NCBI GenBank assembly: GCA_963708025.1
Contig: CAVPSB010000002.1
Location: forward strand, 192,001-256,000
Reading direction: 5' to 3'
Source: an uncultured Candidatus Rokubacteria bacterium
Lineage (GTDB): Bacteria; Methylomirabilota; Methylomirabilia; Rokubacteriales; DASRDR01
Length of the DNA stretch: 64,000 nucleotides
Each line of letters opens with the position of its first letter. Position 1 is the stretch's first letter. Of this stretch, positions 59,289 through 64,000 are shown one piece after another. The notes beneath the pieces are model-generated. The model saw nothing but the letters and a program-made list of their open reading frames with translations. It ran no database searches and was not told where the DNA came from. A program made the position numbers and the translations under genes.

Positions 59289-60175
59289 TCAGGAGCGCGG
59301 GGCGGGCGTAGGCTGCTCGACGTCGAGGGTCGTCACCCGACGGAGCTCGCGCCGGTACGTCGCGTCGTCGAAGGGTCGGGCGCGGTGCATGGTGGCGCGA
59401 TTGTCCCAGATCACCAGGTCGCCGACGCGCCACGAGTGGCGGTAGACGAACTCCGGCTGGGTCGCGTGCTCGATCAGGTCGCGGAGGAGGAGCCGCCCCT
59501 CGGGGACCGGCCAGTCGATGATCCGGGACGCGTGCGACGCGACGTAGAGCGACTTGCGATTGGAGCGCGGGATCGTCCGGACGAGCGGGTGGACCGCGCC
59601 CTTTCAGGGCGTCCGCCTCGTCCGGGGAGAACTCGAACCCGAGCGTCTGGCGCGAGTGCGCGATCGAGTGATGGACGCGCAGCCCCTCCAGCCGGGCTTT
59701 CGTCTCGGAGGGGAGCGCGTCGTAGGCGGCCCGCATGTCGGCATACTCGGTGTCGGCGGCGACGGGCGGGACGACCTTCGCCGAGAGCATCGAGTAGCGA
59801 CCCGGCGGATCCTGGAACGACGCGTCGGTGTGCCACAGGCGATTGCCGAGGCCGTACATGCGACGGCGATTGTCGGCTGGTCAGGATCTCGCCGTCCGCA
59901 TCGACGTTCGAGACGTCGGCCAGGGCCTCGTTCCCCAGGCGACTCTTGTAGAGGGCGCTGCTGCCCGTCTTCGTGTGGAGCTGGCCGTCGAGTCGCTGGG
60001 CGAACGCCAGGTGCTCGTCGTCGGTGAAGGGCTGGTCGCGGAACACCAGCACCGCGTACTCGTCCATCCCCGCCCGGATCTCGGCCAGCGTCTCCCGATC
60101 GTGAACCTGGCGCAGATCCACCCGGCTCACCTCGGCGACGAAGTGCGGATGGAGCTTGCGGAAGGTCAGGGCCAT
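59289..60175 (-). CDS. TauD/TfdA family Fe(II)/2-oxoglutarate dioxygenase (frameshifts ~59875 and ~59603)
   Basis: VLVFRDQ, WHTDASF (HxD), TEYADMRAAYDAL, HPLVR, WDNRATMHR; promoter candidate TTGACA-17 nt-TACCCT at 60238-60210. Confidence 0.88.
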
Positions 60176-60373
60176 GTGAGCACCGTCGTGCCTCGAACTG
60201 CCGCTGACGAGGGTAGGGTCTTTCCCGAAGCCTGTCAATCGACCCCCCGCGACACTGCGACGCGTCTCACCGACCCGGGCCCGCCACGTTCGGATCACAC
60301 AGACCGGTCGGAGCACGGCCCGGCCGGATCAGTTGCAGGGGTCGGGACTGTCAGGCCGCGGATCGATGAAGGA

Positions 60374-62917
60374 TCAGACCCAGAGCACCCGGCGACGCAG
60401 ATCGAGGTCCTCGAGCAGCGGGCGGGCCGGCCCCTGGTGAACGACACGCCCGCGGTCCAGCACGACGACGCGGTCGGCCAGGGCGAGGACGAGATCGAGG
60501 TTGTGGTCGACGATGATCACCGCGATATCGCGCCGGAGCCGCTCGACCGCCGCGAACACCTCCTCGATGACGGTCGGCGCCAGCCCCTCGAATGGCTCGT
60601 CCAGGAGCAGCAGGCGCACGTCGCCCGCGAGCGCGCGGGCGATCGCGACCATCTGCTGCTCCCCCCCGGACAGGAGATCGGCCGCCACCGAAAGTCGCTC
60701 GCGGATGCGGGGGAAGTACTGGAAGATGCGCTCGTCGTCCCAGTGGGTGCCGTCCGTCATGGTCCCCCGCCGCCGGAGCCGACCGAGCCCCAGGTTGTCC
60801 GCCACCGTGAGGCCGGGAAAGAGCCGCCGTCCCTGGGGCACGTAGCCGATCCCGGCCTGGGCGATGGCCTCGGGAGACTGCCGGGCCAGCTCCATCCCCG
60901 AGAGCCGCACCGTGCCGGACCGCGGCGGGACGAGGCCGATGAGGCTCTTGAGCAGCGTCGACTTGCCAGCCCCGTTGCGGCCGAGCACCGCGACCACCTC
61001 GCGCTCGCGCAGGTCGAGCGTGACGTCGGTCAGGATGTGGCTCTTGCCGTAGTAGCTGTTGAGCCCTTCGGCGGCGAGCACCGGCGCCCCGGGCGTGACG
61101 GCGGCCCGCGGGCGTGCGGCGAGGGCGGCGGCGCCGGAGCCGATGTACACCTCGTGCACCCGCGGGTCGCTCCTGACCATGTCGACCGGGCCCTCGACCA
61201 GGATGCGGCCCTGGTTCATGACCGTGACCCGGTCGGCGATCTCGAAGACGCGGTCGATATCGTGCTCGACCAGCAGCACTCCGATGGCGTCGCCCAGCCG
61301 CCGCACCAGCCGGCCGACGCGGTCCCGCTCGGCGGCGGCGAGGCCGGCGAGCGGTTCGTCGAGGAGCACGAGGGCCGGCCTTCCGGCGAGCGCGATGCCG
61401 AGGTCGAGGAGACGTTGCCCGCCGTAGGAGAGGTTCTCGGCCGGCACCTCCTCGAGTCCGCCGAGCCCCAGGAACCCGATGAGCGCGGCTGTCTCGCGCT
61501 CGACGTCGGCGAGCCGGTCCGCGCGTAGGAGAAGCGCGAAGCGCCGGGGATGACGCGCCTGCACGCCGAGGCGGAGGTTTTCGGCCACCGTGAGGCCCAT
61601 GAACAGGTTGGTGATCTGGAACGACCGCGTCAGCCCGGCCCGCGCGACGACATGCGGCGACCGCCCCTCGATGCGGGTCCCGCGATAGGCGATCTGGCCG
61701 CGATCGGGCGAGAACAGGCCGGAGACCAGGTTGAACAGCGTCGTCTTGCCGGCGCCGTTCGGTCCGATCAGGGCGTGGACGCCGCGGCCACGCACGGCGA
61801 GATCGGCGTCGGCCACGGCCACGATGCCGCCGAAGGTCCTGACCACCCCCCGGCACTCGAGCACCGACGCGTCCCCGATGGCAGCGCCGGCGAGGAACCC
61901 GGGCACCGGCGCCGCCCCCGCCGGCGTCACCCGGCCGGCCATGGCCGCCGCCGTCGCCGGCCCCGGCCGCAGGAGCTCGAGGAGCCGGCGGGCGACACCG
62001 ACGAGCCCGGTCGGCGAGAAGAGCACGAAGACGACGAAGAGGAGGCCGAAGTAGAGGAGCCAATAGCCCGTCCAGATCGACAGGAACTCGCGAAAGAGGA
62101 TGAAGAACAGAGCTCCCAGCACGGGGCCGAGGAAGCTCCGGGCCCCGCCGATGATGACCATCGCCACGAGCTCACCGGAGAAGGCCACCGCCAGGGGGTC
62201 AGCCGAAGCGAAGCGGTGGTTGAAGACGAGGAGCGCCCCCGCCAGCCCGGGCACGGTGGCGGAGATGACGAAGGCGATCAGCTTGTACCGGCTCGTTGGA
62301 TAGCCCTGGAAGGCGGCGCGCTGCTCGTTCTCCCGGATGGCCACCAGCACCCGGCCGAACGGCGAGCCCGTGACACTCCAGAGGAACCAGACGGTCGCGA
62401 AGGCGAGGCCGGCGACGACCATGTAATAGGCGCCGGGCCGGCCCAGGTCGACGCCGAGGACGATCGGGCGCGTGATGCCGCCGAGCCCGCTCTCCCCCCC
62501 GGTGAGCGCGGTCCACCGGTAGGCGACCGAGAACAGGAGCGCGGTCAGAGCGAGCGTCAGCAGCGAAAAGTACACCCCGCGGCGGCGGAGGATCAGGGCG
62601 CCGAACACGAAGGCGGCGACGGCGACGAGAGCGGTGGCGAGCAGCACGGGGAGGACGAACCGGTCGGGCCAGAGGCGCAGCTGGATCAGCCCGGCGGCGT
62701 AAGCGCCGACACCGAACCAGGCGCCGTGCCCGAACGAGACGAGGCCGGTGTAGCCGAGCAGGAGGTTGAGGCCGAGCCCGACCAGCCCGTAGAGCACGCA
62801 GTCGGTGGCCGAGATCAGGGTCAAGCCCATGGCCAAGAGCGCATACGGCAGGACGACGAGGCCGACCCCGATCACGAGGAGTGGCCGCCAGGCGGCGATC
62901 GACGGCGGTCCGGTCAC
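60374..62917 (-). CDS. fused branched-chain amino acid ABC permease + two ATP-binding domains (LivM-LivG-LivF)
   Basis: GYTGLVSFGH and AIRENE (LivM); GPNGAGKTT..LSYGGQR (LivG); GRNGAGKST..LSGGEQQM (LivF); one uninterrupted frame. Confidence 0.88.
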   Translation of the reverse strand: MTGPPSIAAWRPLLVIGVGLVVLPYALLAMGLTLISATDCVLYGLVGLGLNLLLGYTGLVSFGHGAWFGVGAYAAGLIQLRLWPDRFVLPVLLATALVAVAAFVFGALILRRRGVYFSLLTLALTALLFSVAYRWTALTGGESGLGGITRPIVLGVDLGRPGAYYMVVAGLAFATVWFLWSVTGSPFGRVLVAIRENEQRAAFQGYPTSRYKLIAFVISATVPGLAGALLVFNHRFASADPLAVAFSGELVAMVIIGGARSFLGPVLGALFFILFREFLSIWTGYWLLYFGLLFVVFVLFSPTGLVGVARRLLELLRPGPATAAAMAGRVTPAGAAPVPGFLAGAAIGDASVLECRGVVRTFGGIVAVADADLAVRGRGVHALIGPNGAGKTTLFNLVSGLFSPDRGQIAYRGTRIEGRSPHVVARAGLTRSFQITNLFMGLTVAENLRLGVQARHPRRFALLLRADRLADVERETAALIGFLGLGGLEEVPAENLSYGGQRLLDLGIALAGRPALVLLDEPLAGLAAAERDRVGRLVRRLGDAIGVLLVEHDIDRVFEIADRVTVMNQGRILVEGPVDMVRSDPRVHEVYIGSGAAALAARPRAAVTPGAPVLAAEGLNSYYGKSHILTDVTLDLREREVVAVLGRNGAGKSTLLKSLIGLVPPRSGTVRLSGMELARQSPEAIAQAGIGYVPQGRRLFPGLTVADNLGLGRLRRRGTMTDGTHWDDERIFQYFPRIRERLSVAADLLSGGEQQMVAIARALAGDVRLLLLDEPFEGLAPTVIEEVFAAVERLRRDIAVIIVDHNLDLVLALADRVVVLDRGRVVHQGPARPLLEDLDLRRRVLWV

Positions 62918-63789
62918 TCCAGCCGCTCCATGCGCTCGCCCATCAAGCCCCGGGGCCGGACGAGCAGGACCAGCAGCATCAGGAGATACATGGAGGCCTC
63001 GGAGGCGGGCGGGATGAAGTAGACGGTGAGACCCCGCACGACCCCGACCAGGAGGGCGGCGTAGACCACGCCCCAGAAGCTCCCGAGCCCGCCGATCACC
63101 ACGACGACGAAGGCAGCGGTCATGATCTCGCTCCCCATCGCCGGATGGACACCCGAGATGGGCGCCAGCAGCACCCCCGCGAGTCCGGCTAACCCGATGC
63201 CGAGGGCGCTGACCGCGGTCAGGACGGGCGCCAGCGGGATGCCAACGGCACGCACCATGTCGGGATCGGCGATGCCCGCGCGCACGATCTTGCCGAACCA
63301 GGTCCGGTTGAGGAGATACCACGTCCCGCCGACCGCCACGACGGCGACGGCGAGCATCCCGAGCCGGTAGTAGGGGTAGATGAAGTCGCCGAGCAGGAGC
63401 TGGCCGCGCAGGAAGGGGGGGATCGAGTAGGCGATGGGGGCCGCCCCCCAGATCATGCGCAGGGTCTGCTCGACGATCATCGAGAGGCCGAAGGTGAAGA
63501 GCAGGCTCAGCGTGGGGTCCGCCCGGTAGAAGCGACGCAGGAACAACCGCTCGATCGCCACGCCGAGCAGGGCCACCAGGAGGGGCGAGGCGACGAAGGC
63601 GACGCCGAAGCCAGCCACCCGGCTGAGCTCGACGGTCAGGTAGGCCCCGATCGCGTAGAAGGCGCCGTGGGCCAGGTTGACGACCCCGCCGAGGCTGAAG
63701 ATCAGCGACAGGCCGAGCGCGATGAGGAGGTAGTAGACGCCCAGGAGCAAGCCGTTGACGACCTGCTCGAGGACGAAGACCCACGCCAT
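62914..63789 (-). CDS. livH: branched-chain amino acid ABC permease LivH
   Basis: VVNLAHGAFY, AFVVVVIGGLGS, RPRGLMG. Confidence 0.9.
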   Translation of the reverse strand: MAWVFVLEQVVNGLLLGVYYLLIALGLSLIFSLGGVVNLAHGAFYAIGAYLTVELSRVAGFGVAFVASPLLVALLGVAIERLFLRRFYRADPTLSLLFTFGLSMIVEQTLRMIWGAAPIAYSIPPFLRGQLLLGDFIYPYYRLGMLAVAVVAVGGTWYLLNRTWFGKIVRAGIADPDMVRAVGIPLAPVLTAVSALGIGLAGLAGVLLAPISGVHPAMGSEIMTAAFVVVVIGGLGSFWGVVYAALLVGVVRGLTVYFIPPASEASMYLLMLLVLLVRPRGLMGERMERLE

Positions 63790-63824
63790 CGCCGGCGCGG
63801 CTCAGGCGAGCGCGGGACGGAGAC

Positions 63825-63855
63825 CACCGGTCGGACCGTCGGGGTCCGACCGGTG
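63825..63855. other. perfect 13-bp stem-loop between SBP and permease genes
   Basis: caccggtcggacc-gtcgg-ggtccgaccggtg. Confidence 0.55.
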
Positions 63856-63863
63856 CCGGCAGC

Positions 63864-64000
63864 TCAGGCGAAGCTGCAAGGATTCTCTTGGCGGGTGGGG
63901 GCGATGACCTCCAGCGGCTCGGTCGAGGCGGGTACGGGCGAGCTCACCTCCGCCATGTCCCACTTGTCGATCATCTTGTCTTTGGGCTTGGGCGTCAGCG
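63864..64000 (-). CDS. 3' end of ABC substrate-binding protein (partial)
   Basis: ...KDKMIDKWDMAEVSSPVPASTEPLEVIAPTRQENPCSFA*; lies directly upstream of livH. Confidence 0.6.
   Translation of the reverse strand, partial: LTPKPKDKMIDKWDMAEVSSPVPASTEPLEVIAPTRQENPCSFA

Overview
A very GC-rich (roughly 70% by eye) bacterial window with no rRNA, tRNA, CRISPR array, integrase or transposase that I can see. Its gene content resembles Candidatus Rokubacteria or similar soil bacteria, but that is an inference. It holds (i) a short metabolic and stress block: FAD oxidoreductase, DUF1989, DJ-1, gluconolactonase, SSADH, Lon-Hsp20, YidB; (ii) a ~34-kb co-oriented uptake and catabolism island (11.1-45.2 kb) headed by a GntR/HutC regulator, with two TTT, one TRAP and three ABC systems, two paralogous NDP-forming acyl-CoA ligases, a crotonase, a MaoC pair, a MetE-core-like enzyme, dehydrogenases, an amidohydrolase and an LVIVD protein; (iii) a 3.8-kb insert (ATP-grasp, methyltransferase, AAA+/DUF4143) bounded by a 36-bp duplicated livF/adh gene junction; (iv) further catabolic and transport genes, including a LivM-LivG-LivF triple fusion. 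The most unusual signals are non-coding. These are a family of modular intergenic repeats that supplies the Shine-Dalgarno site of downstream genes, a ~24-nt module nested in the hairpin loops of two different repeat families, a 6 x 100-bp tandem amplification of a translation-initiation region, and a shared promoter/operator at 11.05 and 31.8 kb. About ten apparent single-base frameshifts in otherwise intact genes suggest indel errors in the assembly.
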